Shown: positions 52,169 to 64,000 of the stretch, in pieces
Position numbering within the stretch: the stretch's first letter is position 1
Layout: every line of letters starts with the position of its first letter
Assembly: GCA_024704765.1 (NCBI GenBank)
Contig: JAKMXF010000296.1
Span: 1-64,000 of the forward strand
Direction: 5' to 3'
Length of the DNA: 64,000 bases
From: Oopsacas minuta
Lineage: Eukaryota; Animalia; Porifera
Program-made: the position numbers and the translations under genes
Notes under the pieces: model-generated
What the model was told of the DNA's origin: nothing
The model's input: the letters and a program-made list of their open reading frames with translations, nothing else
Database searches by the model: none

Positions 52169-53800
52169 TCTATATTATTCAATCTCAATTGTTGTTTGTT
52201 TGTTTGTTTGTCCGTTTTCAAGGAAAGGATTTATGATATGCAATATTGAAATTGTCGCATAATAATGTATTTATCGTGTTATCAAGGAAGTAACAGAATT
52301 CGATAAACTTCACTAAATATATCCAACATTTGCTTCCAATTTTCACACTTTAAAACATTTGTAAATTTATTGTTGTTTTTATGAATATAAAGTAAACAAA
52401 TTAGCCAAATCTCAAAAATATACAGGGTGGCCAATAAGTTCTGCCACATTGAAATATTATTGTAACTTCATGAATTCTCATTCGATCTTGTTGACATTTA
52501 ACATACGCTTCTACAGACTATTACATATATTTTATACGACTGTCATTCAATTTATCCGCCCTTTTGCTTGATGACAGACTTCAGACGCTGATTGACTACC
52601 GCTACAGTGGTACGAACCATTTCTTGAGGGATATTTTCCCATTCTCGCCTCAAAGATGTTTTCAATGATTCGATATTCGCATGAGACTTCGAGCAGGCTC
52701 TTGACTCCAAAATTCGACCAAAGAGAGAAATCCAAAGGGTTAGGTCTGGACTAGAGGGAGGCCATTCTACCTTCGTGATAAAGTGGAGAATATCCGCACC
52801 AAGCCACTCTTGAGTGCTTTTGCAGTGTGAGCAGGCGCACCGTCCTGTTGAAACACAAATGAACCATTTTCAAACATGGTCTTGCCAAGGTCTTTCACTA
52901 ATGGTTCTAGAATGAGCTCCTTGTATGTCGCAGGGTTGATTGATTTTTACACCAGATGGGACGAAAACAAGCGGTGTCCGACAAACAGAGGATATTCCCG
53001 CCCAAACCATCACCGAGAGTGGTTTCTGGACTCGTTTGACAAATCTGTATTTCTCAGGGATGACAGAGGTACAGTTCGCCTAATTATATCATTCTGACGA
53101 TTTGATGCTTGCTCCACAGTAAAGAGTTTCTCGTCAGAGAAAAGTACTCGATCTAGGCCTTGGGTGGCGAATCGAGAAAGGAGTCCTTTGCTTCTTGACA
53201 GCCTCTTCCTTTTTATTTGATCAGTAATGAAGTGTACTTTTCTCCGCTTAAAAGAAGATAACCCTAAGTCTCTTCTTACAATATTTTGAAGCGATCCACG
53301 AGATATTTTTAGTTCTTTGGTCATTTTTCTTACTGATCGCTGAGGATTCCGCCATACCCGACTTCTGACTGTCTTTCTCATCCGTACAGTCGTAATTGAC
53401 ACTGGGCGACCACTTCTAGGTTTGTCTATAATGCCACCAGTCTCGTCGAATTGTTTTATAGTACGAAATATCAACTTTCTTCTTGTTTCTGGAATATTTT
53501 GTATTCTCATGATTTTCCTTTTGATTTTCCCATTTTTGAATAATTCAATTATTGCTGATCGTTTGCTTTCCATTGCCACCAAATTTGTTGTTATGTTCTA
53601 AATGCTATACTATTCTGTTGAATTTCGATCCTAAGACTTAAATCAATGAATTGAATACGAAAGCTACCTATTTATCATGGTTATTTAAAATATATTACTA
53701 TATGAAGTTATGGGGCAGAACTTATTGGTCACCCTGTACGTACAGACTTCCTCTAAACAGCTACCAGGGTAACTAGCTAGACTCAATTTTTAGCAAGTTG
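52169..53800 (+). mobile_element. Helitron-like family A copy split by the DD37D element
   Basis: TCTATATTATT 5' end and (TGTT)n tract. Family A sequence resumes after 53738. Confidence 0.65.
52423..53736 (-). mobile_element. Tc1/mariner element, DD37D (maT-like), disrupted
   Basis: TIRs CAGGGTGGCCAATAAGTTCTGCC / GGCAGAACTTATTGGTCACCCTG with TA TSD. Minus-strand MESKRSAIIELF...LFSDEKLF and QQDGAPAH...WPPSSPDL, spacing 37 after correcting one frameshift. Confidence 0.95.
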
Positions 53801-53881
53801 TCATTAGCTCGAATCCACTTTAACCAAGTTGTATTTAGGTTGAATTCGGGCAGTAGCTACTAGTTCGATAGTTAGTTATAG

Positions 53882-54047
53882 CCGCATTTATCAAACGCGT
53901 GAACGAGCGCGATTGGCGGAGAAGCTCTGCCCCAAGTCTTCAAGCCTATTGAGGACTTGTACGCGGAACAATGAAGATGCGCCTCCTTTAATTAGAGTTG
54001 AGCTATCGACAACAAATTCAAAACCTGAGTCAACGACTACACAATAA
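53882..54047 (+). CDS. Candidate orphan terminal exon (54 codons)
   Basis: An AG acceptor precedes an open frame RIYQTRERARLAEKLCPK...ESTTTQ*. The segment is GC-richer than its flanks, and the antisense frame is also open. Confidence 0.3.
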
Positions 54048-54148
54048 TTCGAGCTAATGCATGCACCCCAAACTGTCATAGGACAGTCTTAATAACAAAG
54101 TAATCAGAGAATAATCTTAATCTATCTATATATATATATATATATATA

Positions 54149-56495
54149 TGTTACAGTAATTGTGTGAATTCAGAAATTAATTGAATTTCTGGATTTTTGG
54201 AAAATTCACTACAGATATTTGCTAATGTTAACTGGTACTTTCAGTAATGTGTGAACAACATACAATATCAAATAGTGGCTTCACAATAAATATGATGGCT
54301 TCACACAATGAAAGTGATTGTATCTCAGTTGGCTTCACTTGTTTGGGCATTCTTGGGTATATATCCTGGGTAATCCAGTATGTCTAGCATTACTTGGAAA
54401 TAATTCACAGGCTGAACATGTCTGAGCAATCATATAAAGATGCTATGCTTAAGTTATTTGGGGATGGCAAGAGCCTGCTATTGCCCAAATCAAAATTACT
54501 ACAAGCTATTGGAGGAAGTCAGAGAAGCTGCTGACAAAGGAGAAAAACAAAACTAGGAAGGAATTTATCTTTGGACCAAGTAATTTTAATGTATATCACT
54601 AATCACCAGCCACCATGTATTTATTTATTTATTTATTTTAATATATTCCATACTTCTAATTTGAATTAATTTAATTTCTATTATAATTTCATCCTGTGTA
54701 TAGTGTTTACTAGACTTCTGAATTTCACATTATTTCACTTCATTTTTGCAACGATTCTGTAATATTTTAATTTCTACTTTTCCGTCATCTAAAATGATTG
54801 TAGATTTAGTTTCGCAATATTTTATCCCCTTTCGATTTATATTCTTTATTTATTTATTTTCTAACATATATGAAATTCTAGTGTGGCGATGTAGAGAAGC
54901 TGATCCGAAACGTAAAGCTCCCACTGACCCCCATTGTACTACTCTACAATTGAGGACTCATATGATGTCATCAGGAGAGCCCACACAGCAACTGGGCATG
55001 GAGGGCGGGACAGAATGCTGAAGGAATTGAGCAAGAAGTATGCTAACATCACCTGCAAAGCTGTAGAGTTCTACAAGTCTCACTGCGAGGAATGCCAGAA
55101 GAAGAGGAAACGTCCAATGATAAAAGGGGTTGTTGTCTATCCTATTTTGACAAAGGAATTTGCCTCCAGGGGTCATGTAGATTGATTGACATGCAATCCT
55201 TTCCATCTGATAAGCACAAGTGGATTATGGTTTACCAGGACCATCTGACCAAATTTGCGTAAACGAGCTCTATCTTCTAAAAGAGCTAGTTAGGTGGCTT
55301 ATCTTCTAATGGACATACTTCTACTCCTGGGGGCACATGGATTTCTTCAAAGTGACAATGGCTCTGAGTTTCTTTCCCATGCCACCTCTGAACTGAAAGA
55401 CATGTGGCCAGATCTCACAATTGTTCATGGAAAACTCCGGTATCCACAGAGCCAATAGTGACATCAAGGACATGTTAGTTGCCTGGATGTCTGAAAACAA
55501 CACACAAGATTGGAACATTGGGATTAAGTTTGTTCAATTTCAGAAGAATACACCATATCATGCTGGGATTAAGTGCTCCCCATACTCTGCTTTGTTTGGG
55601 TGTGATGCACGTACTGGATTAACATCCTCTTCTTTACCACAAGAGATCATTGAGAGAATGCAATCTGAGGATGATCTGATTGCTCTAATACATGCACCTG
55701 CATCATTTCAGTCACCAGCCTCCCCTGGGCCTTCTACTGACCACCAACCAACCTCCTCTGAGCCATGTGATGCCCTGCCATCATCTCAACTACCAGCCTC
55801 TCCTGAGTTGTCATCCCTGGCTCTCCTCGCCTGGTAACACATGAAACATCTCCTGTTGCAGTTGTGGAGGGGCACAAGAAAGAGCTTAAGAAGAGGAGGA
55901 TAGAGGCCAGTGCCTTGCAATTATCACAAGCAAAGAGGATGATAAAGCGCAGCCACATCCAATGCAAACCTGGGAGCCCTGGAGATAATGTAGCTGTCCC
56001 AATTCCCTCTGTAGATCGTGGAAGAGGAGACCCCAGGAACATTCTAGGAGTCATTCTGTACAGGGGTGAGAGAGATCGGTACAATATTGCAGTGAAATCA
56101 GGAATCCAAAAGGTTTATATTCTCGTAATCAGTTTGCAGAATCTGCAACAGGAGGTCAAGGCTTCACTAAATGCAACTGTCAAGGTTTCAAGAAATGCCA
56201 GACCAATAGATGCAAATGCTATAAGCTACGTTACAGTGCAATTTCAGGTGTCACAGTAACCTAAACTGTTCTATTAAGTAATTATCAATGGGTACATTGA
56301 CTCATTATTATAGTTTGATTACTATGCATGTATGTGTTTTAATTATTATTTCAATTCATTACTTCTATCCTAATATATGTGTTTTTATCATGATAGTTGC
56401 ATACACGTATAAAAGCTAATCCTTTAATACTTTTCTGACTTTGTGTTAATTCCTACTATTGATGAGTTTCCTGAATTCACACAATTACTCTAACA
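54149..56495 (+). mobile_element. Ginger2-like DNA transposon (KRBA2/SCAND3-like integrase), disrupted
   Basis: 25-bp TIR TGTTA(C/G)AGTAATTGTGTGAATTCAG (TGT...ACA) with a 4-bp TATA flank on each side. Fragments AHTATGHGGRDRM...CEEC, DLIDMQS, QDHLTKF, SDNGSEF and a Cys-rich C-terminus. Confidence 0.88.
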
Positions 56496-56499
56496 TATA

Positions 56500-57808
56500 C
56501 TTAGGGCATCAAAAAGTTTCCATCTTTGTTTATATCTTGACACTACAACAACTTACTAATCAAATTTCTACATAAAATGTTCGAAATACTCCCCCCTACA
56601 TCTAAGCATAGTTGTAGCCTTTCAACCCACTTCGAAAATGTGCTATTATACTCGTCTCTGTCCACTGATTGAGGTAGTGGTAAATCCCGTTTCCTAGCTC
56701 TTGTCGTATATGAAGTAGCCGTCCTCCGAGATTTTTTTTCAGTTCAGGAAATAGCCAGAAATCACAAGGTGATAGATCTGGGGAATACGGAGGATGTTCT
56801 ATCGTTTCAAACCCGATATCCTCAATCACTTCCCTAACGTATTTTGAAACATGAGGTCTGGCATTATCGTGGAGAAGTTTGATTCCTCGAGTTCCTGTAC
56901 GCGGACGTCATGTTCTATCGACTTTCTCGACTTCTCTCAGGCATTTATCTACGTAAAATTCTCCATTGAGTCGTTCTCCTTTAGGCACAGGTATTTGAGC
57001 CACTGGCTTATCAAAAAATATATTGTAGAGAACCTAATCGTCTCGGAAGTCCAGACGTGTCTTTTCGGTGGATAAGAACCTTTTTGGAGCCAAGATTTGC
57101 TTTATTCCTTACGCAGAGGTTCAGAAAATTTAATCCAAGTTTCGTCACCAGTAACGATTTCATATAACCTTTCCAATTTTTTCATTGCTTCCATACACAT
57201 ATCAAGCAAAACCGAACAACGAGCTTGCATAAAGAATCGTACCGTACTCGGCGACAAACCACTCCAGATACATGAGGATATCATCATCCTTTATCATGGT
57301 AAAGCTCTAGACCAATTGGTAGCGGAAATTAGACCAGAAGACCAATTGGTAGCGGAAATTGGACCAGAAGACCAATTTCCGCTACCACCCCTGAAATTGC
57401 CTCTGAAATTCTGGAACTATTGAATATTGATCCTTATTTGAGCATTGAAGAGATTGCCCTAATTCTGGACATCTCATCCGGAAGTGTTCATACAATTCTA
57501 GACGATTATCTCGAATATCGAAAGACAAGACAGCGCAATGGATACCAAAAATTCTTACAAAGGGGCAAAGGAGAAGTTGTTTTCATGCGAAGAAATTGCT
57601 TAAAGAATATGGAGATTGTGATTCTCACTCTCGAAAATAGGCAAAATTGAAAGTAGGATAGATCAAGATATATATATTAGCTAGAGTGAATTCCTCAACA
57701 GCATAAATAGGTAATCGATAGGACTATTAGGATATACTATGTATCTCATGTAATCGAGTAGAGTTTAGCTTCTATAAGCTAAGGATGGGAACTTTTTGAT
57801 GCCCCAAG
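56500..57808 (-). mobile_element. mariner element (DD34D) with an internal inversion
   Basis: TIRs CTTAGGGCATCAAAAAGTTTCCATC / GATGGGAACTTTTTGATGCCCCAAG with TA TSD. IVTGDETW and HPPYSPDLSPCDF are on minus, but the N-terminal HTH segments are on plus. Confidence 0.92.
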
Positions 57809-57810
57809 TA

Positions 57811-58250
57811 GATATGTTTGTATGTTCCGATTTGATTGAAGAAAATAGAAGACCACATGGCTGATTTTGGCATACAGGGGTTTTTTGGGCCTGGCTCGGA
57901 TAAGTTCGAGTCTTGGGAGAAAATTCACACCTATGACGTCATTGTCACGTTTGGATTTTCAAAAAATCACATTATTAGCCACTGCTCAGCCAATACAGAT
58001 TTAGATGGTTAAAATTTGAATAACAAATACCCCTCCCAAAGTCTCACGGCATCACTTTTACCAAATGCTAACTCATCGTGGAATTTTACATCATCACGAC
58101 TACAAAAATTTCTCGAATATCTATATTATACTTTTTGATATTAATCGAGGGAAGTAGTGCCGAGATTCATATCGAATACTAGCAGCAATAGTGTGGCTAC
58201 TGAAAGCTTGAATAGTTCCTTTAATGAACCATGGTTAATAATTTCGAAAA
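57811..58250 (+). mobile_element. Helitron-like family B copy
   Basis: Reverse complement of 14500-14990, starting with the TATGTTTGTATGTT tract. Confidence 0.6.
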
Positions 58251-58758
58251 TTTCCTATATATTCTGAACTCGAAGCACGTATGCAGAGTATATCCCATCG
58301 CATAGCGACACAAACCCAAAGCACTAAGAAAGTAAGCCAATGTGTACTTAAGCTAAATCCGAGGAACGAAATGGTAAGTATAAAGCCTCCTGTAGCGACA
58401 AGTTATGCGCAGCATAGTCGTATAATTTTGGTAAATAATAGAATGGAATTATTGAAAGTGATGGCAACTAGACATTTAATAATGCATTTCTCACTTTCTT
58501 CTCTCGCGTCTTTTTGGCTCCAGATTTGTCATTTTCAGGAGAAATATAGGATGTACGATACGAAATTGTTTTGAAATTTTATTTGGAAATACATTGTACA
58601 TGTATATATACAACACAAGTATAACAAAGTAATTAATGATTAATTATCACATACGCACTGCTAAAGTATTTTTACAATGAAGTAACACAATACCTATGTA
58701 ATAATTTGCATTACATATTGTGGTAATTATGTATATTTGCATTTAAAATTAGATAATT

Positions 58759-58990
58759 ATGAGCCTTGGCTCGTCGCTTCGCGATAAACTCCCCGAATTA
58801 TGCCTCGAGGTATCCATTATTCTCCAAAATGATTACCCCTTTGAGTATTATAATATAGATATATTTAGAACAATATAATTCACTAATATACGTATATGCC
58901 ATATATGTTATTGAATTATTTTTGTAAGATCAACCCCCTTTGTAGCCGTTGAGAGCAAGTATCTACCTAAATTTTGAGATTTTGCTAATT
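58759..58990 (-). mobile_element. Helitron-like family A, 3' part
   Basis: GAGCCTTGGCTCGTCGCTTCGCG terminus and the family A body. Confidence 0.65.
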
Positions 58991-59619
58991 GTTTACTTAA
59001 AACTTAATTAATTAATAATCGAGATAGTAAAAAGTAGTAGGGCTTACAATCCCGGGATTGAGTTTTTCTAATCTCAGGATTGAAAAGTAGGTACATGGTG
59101 TGGAATTATTTGAACATACTGTACTAATTAAATAATAATAAGTCGTAAATCACGACCTTTGACTTCAACATCACATATAATTAAGTTTGAAACTGAATAG
59201 TCCAATATGCAATAGTCAGGTGTCAATCGAAATCTGTATTCGGTTGAGTTTCCGAATATCGTCAGAAGTCAGTTGAACCACTATAAGGTTAAAGTAATGA
59301 TTTTACTCAGCTTTCAACGAAATACCGCTTATATAGGAATTAAATCGGCTCCCTAAAACTTCGCTATAACGATAGGTTACATAGTAATTATACTGTGAAA
59401 TATGATAGCATTGTATATTAGTTTCAGGTAATTGTTATCTATGAGCAAGGTTTTAATCGCTCGAATCGAATATCAATATTCGATATATTCTTGAATTACT
59501 GCTTAAATATTGACATTATCATAACGGGAATTTGCTAACTTCAAATTAAACATACTATAACTCTTGTCAATGAGAAAAATTTTCCGTTATTTTAAAGCGG
59601 TTGTCTAATTTGCGACTAA

Positions 59620-60000
59620 TCTATATTATTAAATCTCAATTGTCTGTTTGTTTGTCTGTTTGTCTGTTTGTCTGTTTGTTTGTTTGTCAGTTGTCAAGGA
59701 AAGGATTTACGGTATACAATTTTGAAATTGTTGCATAACTATGTATTTATTGTGTTTATCAAGGAAGTAAATACAATTCAATAAAGCTTCACTAAATATA
59801 TCGAACATACTGAATCCGATTTTCACACTTTTGGGATTAATCATAAGTATTTATTGTTGTTTTTATGAATATATAGTAAACAAATTAGCCCAATTTCAAA
59901 GTATACATGCAGGCTTGCTCTACATGGCTACACAGGGGTAACAGTATGCTGAACCAGAATTTTGCATTTTCAAGTTTCTCATATGTAAATTTTATGTTAT
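59620..60000 (+). mobile_element. Helitron-like family A, 5' part
   Basis: A|TCTATATTATTAAATCTC followed by a long (TGTC/TGTT)n tract. Confidence 0.7.
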
Positions 60001-60051
60001 TTGTGAATATTAATTAATTGTATAGATTTTCACATAATTTCTATCTTTTTA

Positions 60052-60322
60052 ATGGATCCTCTTGCTACAAGCCTGGATTTTGATCAGAGCTTTTCTTCTT
60101 TACTAAAGGTTGAGCTTGCCAAGCAACAAAATCTTATGGATTTAGATGATTCTCTTTCTCTTGATCACGTTCATGCTCAACGTCTAAGAGAGAACAATGA
60201 TATTCCTGAATCCACTACACACTACATAAAAGTTTACCGCGAGCAACTGGAGACTCTACAAAGAGATAATTTTTCTCTCAAACTTCAGCTTTTCTATTTC
60301 CAGAAAGCTTTTGAAAGTGCAG
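60052..60322 (+). CDS. First coding exon of a centrosomin motif 1 (CM1) protein, CDK5RAP2/myomegalin/Cnn family
   Basis: IKVYREQLETLQRDNFSLKLQLFYFQK matches the CM1 pattern (K..E.I..L.KENF.LKLRIYFL). The donor is GCAG|GTCAG. Downstream exons were not identified. Confidence 0.7.
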
Positions 60323-60553
60323 GTCAGCCTTTCATAAAATTTCACAATTGTATACTACCAGCTATATCCAAGGGATTATCTAGGAGCGCCAGACACTGCT
60401 TTAGTCACATGATTTTTTGATACAATTATATATTACCGTGAAAGTTTAGGATCTTCCTCTATGCCATTCCACTAATTTACTGATTTAGTCATATGGAAAT
60501 TTGGGAGGAGGAGAGCTAGGAGTGTGCTCGGAGAACCCTGGCTATATCATATA

Positions 60554-61895
60554 CAGGGTGTAACAAAAGTCTTGGCCGGTTGCATTATGGTGGCTCACAT
60601 AAAATATTTCAAAGTCACAATATCTAATTATTCACCAATATAATCACCACCTCTTTCTAAAACTAATTTCATTCGATTAGGCATCCCATTCACCAGGTTT
60701 CGAAGTAAGTTCGATGAATCGTCTTCCATGCCGTTTTAGGTTTGCAATTAGGGCCTGAATCGTGGTGACCTGGGCCATTTCATCCAACCGTTCATATATA
60801 ATACCCTAATGATTTTCAATCGGATTCAAGTCGGGGAAGTTAACTGGCCACTCCCCTTTCTTCCAAAACGGAGGGAACTTCTCTGAACGCCACTGCTGCG
60901 TGACATTGGCTGTGTGTACGAGAGCACCATCCTGCATGAACAGAAATTCTGACATGTTTTCCAACATGGACCTCTCAATAACGGACCCCTTTTTAGCTTT
61001 ACGAGCGATCGCATCCAGACAGGTTTTCTTCAATATTTCGTTCCTATAGTAGGCTCCATTGACGGTCTGTTTTGGGGTACAATGTGGAGTTCTGACAGCG
61101 CTCTATGTGACATCATTCCCCAGACCATAATTTCGCTGGGAATTTAACCTGAAAATAGGCTCAATATTTTGTGAACCAATTGCCCATACTCGATCATTTT
61201 GTCTGTTTGGCGGATGAAATAACTCAAATGGCGATTCATCAGACCAGAACACATTATTCCAATCTTCGAAAGACCAATTCTCATGATCCCGAGCGAATTT
61301 CAATCGATTTTCCTTGATTTTTTGTGTAATTTTTGGCCATTTGGGACGTTTATAGGGTCTGGCATCAAGTCTTTGTGCTAAGTGCCGCTGAATTGTCATG
61401 TGAGATATGGGGTTTCCTCTGATAGATAGTCTCCTCGACAATTTTCGGGTTGATTGCCTCCTTTTCCCCAAGGATTTCTTAATCACAATTCGTGATACCC
61501 GTTTCAAAATTTGAGGCCGTCCAGATCGAGGCTTAGTCTTCATAGTCTCACCGCATTTGTGTTGACTCCACCATCTCCGTACAGATATTACTCCAACATT
61601 TAGACGTGTAGCTACCTCTTTTTGAGTAATGCCTCCTTCAAGCATCCCAATTGCTTTAGAACGGAGCTCGACTCCGTGATCACCGACATTCATTTTCCCG
61701 AAACAAACTGGTAAGGTAAATGTGCTAAAAAAAATTTGCGAGCAGTGTTGAAGATATTCAATATGTCTATAGTATAAATGTAGTTACTATATAGTAACTA
61801 TCAGTCAACTAGCATTTCCGTTGTATGCTATAATTACTAGTATATATTAAATCCATCTACGATTGAGAACCGACCAAGACTTTTGTTACACCCTG
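60554..61895 (-). mobile_element. Tc1-type element, DD37E, disrupted
   Basis: TIR CAGGGTGTAACAAAAGTCTTGG at both ends with TA TSD. FWSDESPF and MQDGALVH...FPDLNPIE, with 37 residues counted between D and E. Confidence 0.93.
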
Positions 61896-62073
61896 TACTT
61901 GACTAGCATCATTTAGAGGCTGTTTTATCTAATATTTAAATAGTTTTTTTATTAAATAAGCTCAATTTATTGCGTAAGAATCCTGGTAAGCAACATGGTT
62001 TCAATTATACTGAATTCTATATTTCAATATTCAGTTCAATATATACATGTGTGATTGTATCATATTTCAACTA

Positions 62074-62236
62074 CAGTAGACTCCGCTTAATAGGTCACGT
62101 CAGGACCAGCAATTTACCAAATTAAGCGGAATATACGTAGGTGTTGCCCGATTAACCGGAGTAAATTAATACTATTTGTATGGTTCTAGTTCTGGCCAAG
62201 TGGCCCGATTAACTGTATATTAATCGGAGTCTACTG
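62074..62236. mobile_element. pogo-like MITE
   Basis: CAGTAGACTCCG...TTAA / TTAATCGGAGTCTACTG termini. Confidence 0.75.
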
Positions 62237-62399
62237 GATAAAATTATACATGCAGTTAATCATAAATTTCTCTTTATGTAAACTTTCTTAACAAACTTCT
62301 TAACCTTTTATTATATATTATGTATTCCAACTTTTACAATTTAAACAACATTATATTTGTTAAGTTAACAATCTTCTACAAAATGAATTAATCTCCAAA

Positions 62400-62840
62400 T
62401 CGAGAAATGTCATTTTATGCTACTTTTATCAGAGGCATTTGAGATACCACAAAATGGGCCCTCAAAAGCGGTATCTGTTATTCTAAAATTTGGCCAAAGT
62501 TTGTCAAGATCATGACGTGAGAACGTGTGGCATATTGAGGCGTACCTGTGAAACTTCTATCATGTATATTGCCTTGAAGTTTGAAAATTGTATCGCATAT
62601 GCCCTCAATATGTCCCATCTTATTTATGACGTCATGATTTTGACAATTTACCAACTCATCATTGGATTATTACGTCATCAAGACTGTACAAAAAATCAAA
62701 ATTATACGAATTTCGATATTTTGAGCTGTTCAAATTACTTGAGTCACATAATGCCCAGATTACTAACCAAATGATACTAAGCAGCTATAGTGACTAAACT
62801 GTTGTGCTACGACCTATCAAGCGAAGCGCGGTATTGCAAT
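62400..62840 (-). mobile_element. Degenerate Helitron-like family B copy
   Basis: Shares GTGTGGCATATTGAGG, TTCTATCATGTATATTG and TATGACGTCAT with the other family B copies. Confidence 0.5.
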
Positions 62841-64000
62841 TATTTGGCAACAGGTAATATAAAGAATATACAAACAAAAGTACTACGTATTATTCGTATT
62901 TCCTATAGTTCAGTCAGTTTAAGCGGTTATCCTTTTATTCGAGTCCCGATTAAGCGGCTTCCACTGTATTATTGTTGTCATATCGAACTAACAAACGATA
63001 TAGTTTGACACAAGTAAACAAAAGAATATCCCATCTATGCCACCTTTTTTTACATAACTAATTCATTCAATTGAAAATTCACGACTTTTCCTATTACCCC
63101 TTCATAAGAGTCACGCGGAGGTAATTTATCTCCAGGTTAGCATATATTGCCTTATTTTAATTTACTTTTAATTTCCTAGTATCGAGCCATGAACGTTCAT
63201 GCGATAAACACGTTTGTTGAAATATACACGAGCATGTCTAATGCGTATAGAGTTATTGATCCCGGGATTAGTATCACACATTAACAAAATTGTAAATTTG
63301 TTACAATCCAAAATCTGTTGATTCTTCATCTAAGTCCGATAGATAAAATATTATTGTAAATTGAGTCAACTTTTGTAATTTCTTAATATTTACTTGGCAG
63401 TGCAGGACTTGTTAAAAAAATTTGTTTTTGCTATCATATACTAATAAACACATAACAAACTTGTAAGTATTTTAACTTTTTTATAGTTTCAAACGTTGGC
63501 TGTGAACACTTAATTGTAATAAATCAATTATACTCTTTTCCATTTCAATACCAAATTCTTTACAGCATATTTTCTATTGAATTCAGACAAATTATTCCAC
63601 CCGCTAGAAGCTCGGGTGAATGTTTTTTTGACTCACGATTTAAATCATTAATCAGTTCGAAATTTATTACTACTGAGACTAATTAGATAATTTAATTATG
63701 GAAGTGTGTGTTTCTAGCAAATACAAATCAGTGAAGACTTGTATTACTAACTGCAGTAAAAAAGTCCTATTTACTAAAGTATTCCTTTTTTGGTATCTCA
63801 TGACAAATTACAAACATTCCGTCTTAGTTGTCATGGCGAGGAGTCCTGTTTAGGTTTTTGGCTCACGAAGCTCCCAAATTCAGACCGCTGGCTTGCGAGC
63901 CGCGCCTCTGAAACATCTATATAGGTTGTATTAGAAAATTCTCTTAGGACACCAAAATATAAAACAAGTGTGTGAATTGAAAAGAATTATATGATAAAGT

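Noticed and set aside
6340-53140. Other CTGANGA motifs (e.g. ~6344, ~42110, minus strand ~53130) as hammerheads
   Set aside because: None has stem II followed by GAAA together with matching stems I and III.
53010-53582. ORF track lists this transposase ORF on the + strand
   Set aside because: The peptide MVAMESKRSAIIELF is encoded by the reverse complement of 53521-53582, so it is on the minus strand.
1-64000. tRNA/rRNA genes or prokaryotic operons
   Set aside because: The GTTCGAA-like hits (~24310, ~51243) lack cloverleaf context. Genes are spliced and animal-type.

Overview
AT-rich animal genomic DNA, not prokaryotic, dominated by decayed and nested DNA transposons. These include five Tc1/mariner elements (2x DD37D, 2x DD34D, 1x DD37E), at least five hAT copies or remnants, a FLYWCH-MULE, a Mutator-like/Kolobok-type transposase with a C-terminal PHD finger, two Ginger-type integrase elements, a Helitron helicase remnant, two non-autonomous Helitron-like families and many MITEs. 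Host genes are a two-exon SOCS6/7-class gene (44462-51669), an unidentified spliced gene with a TPR-like helix (30261-38838, possibly extending upstream) and the first exon of a centrosomin-motif-1 protein (60052-60322). The most striking feature is a complete canonical type III hammerhead ribozyme at 8400-8456. It lies on the sense strand about 200 nt downstream of the Mutator/Kolobok-PHD transposase, and its predicted cleavage site abuts a TTAA. Other oddities are a ~280-bp palindrome running across apparent element junctions, a pre-miRNA-sized hairpin, an intronic 185-nt foldback and a mariner whose DNA-binding-domain segment is inverted in place. All calls were made by eye with no database searches. 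Boundaries with a stated TIR or TSD are exact to my count; the rest are approximate.
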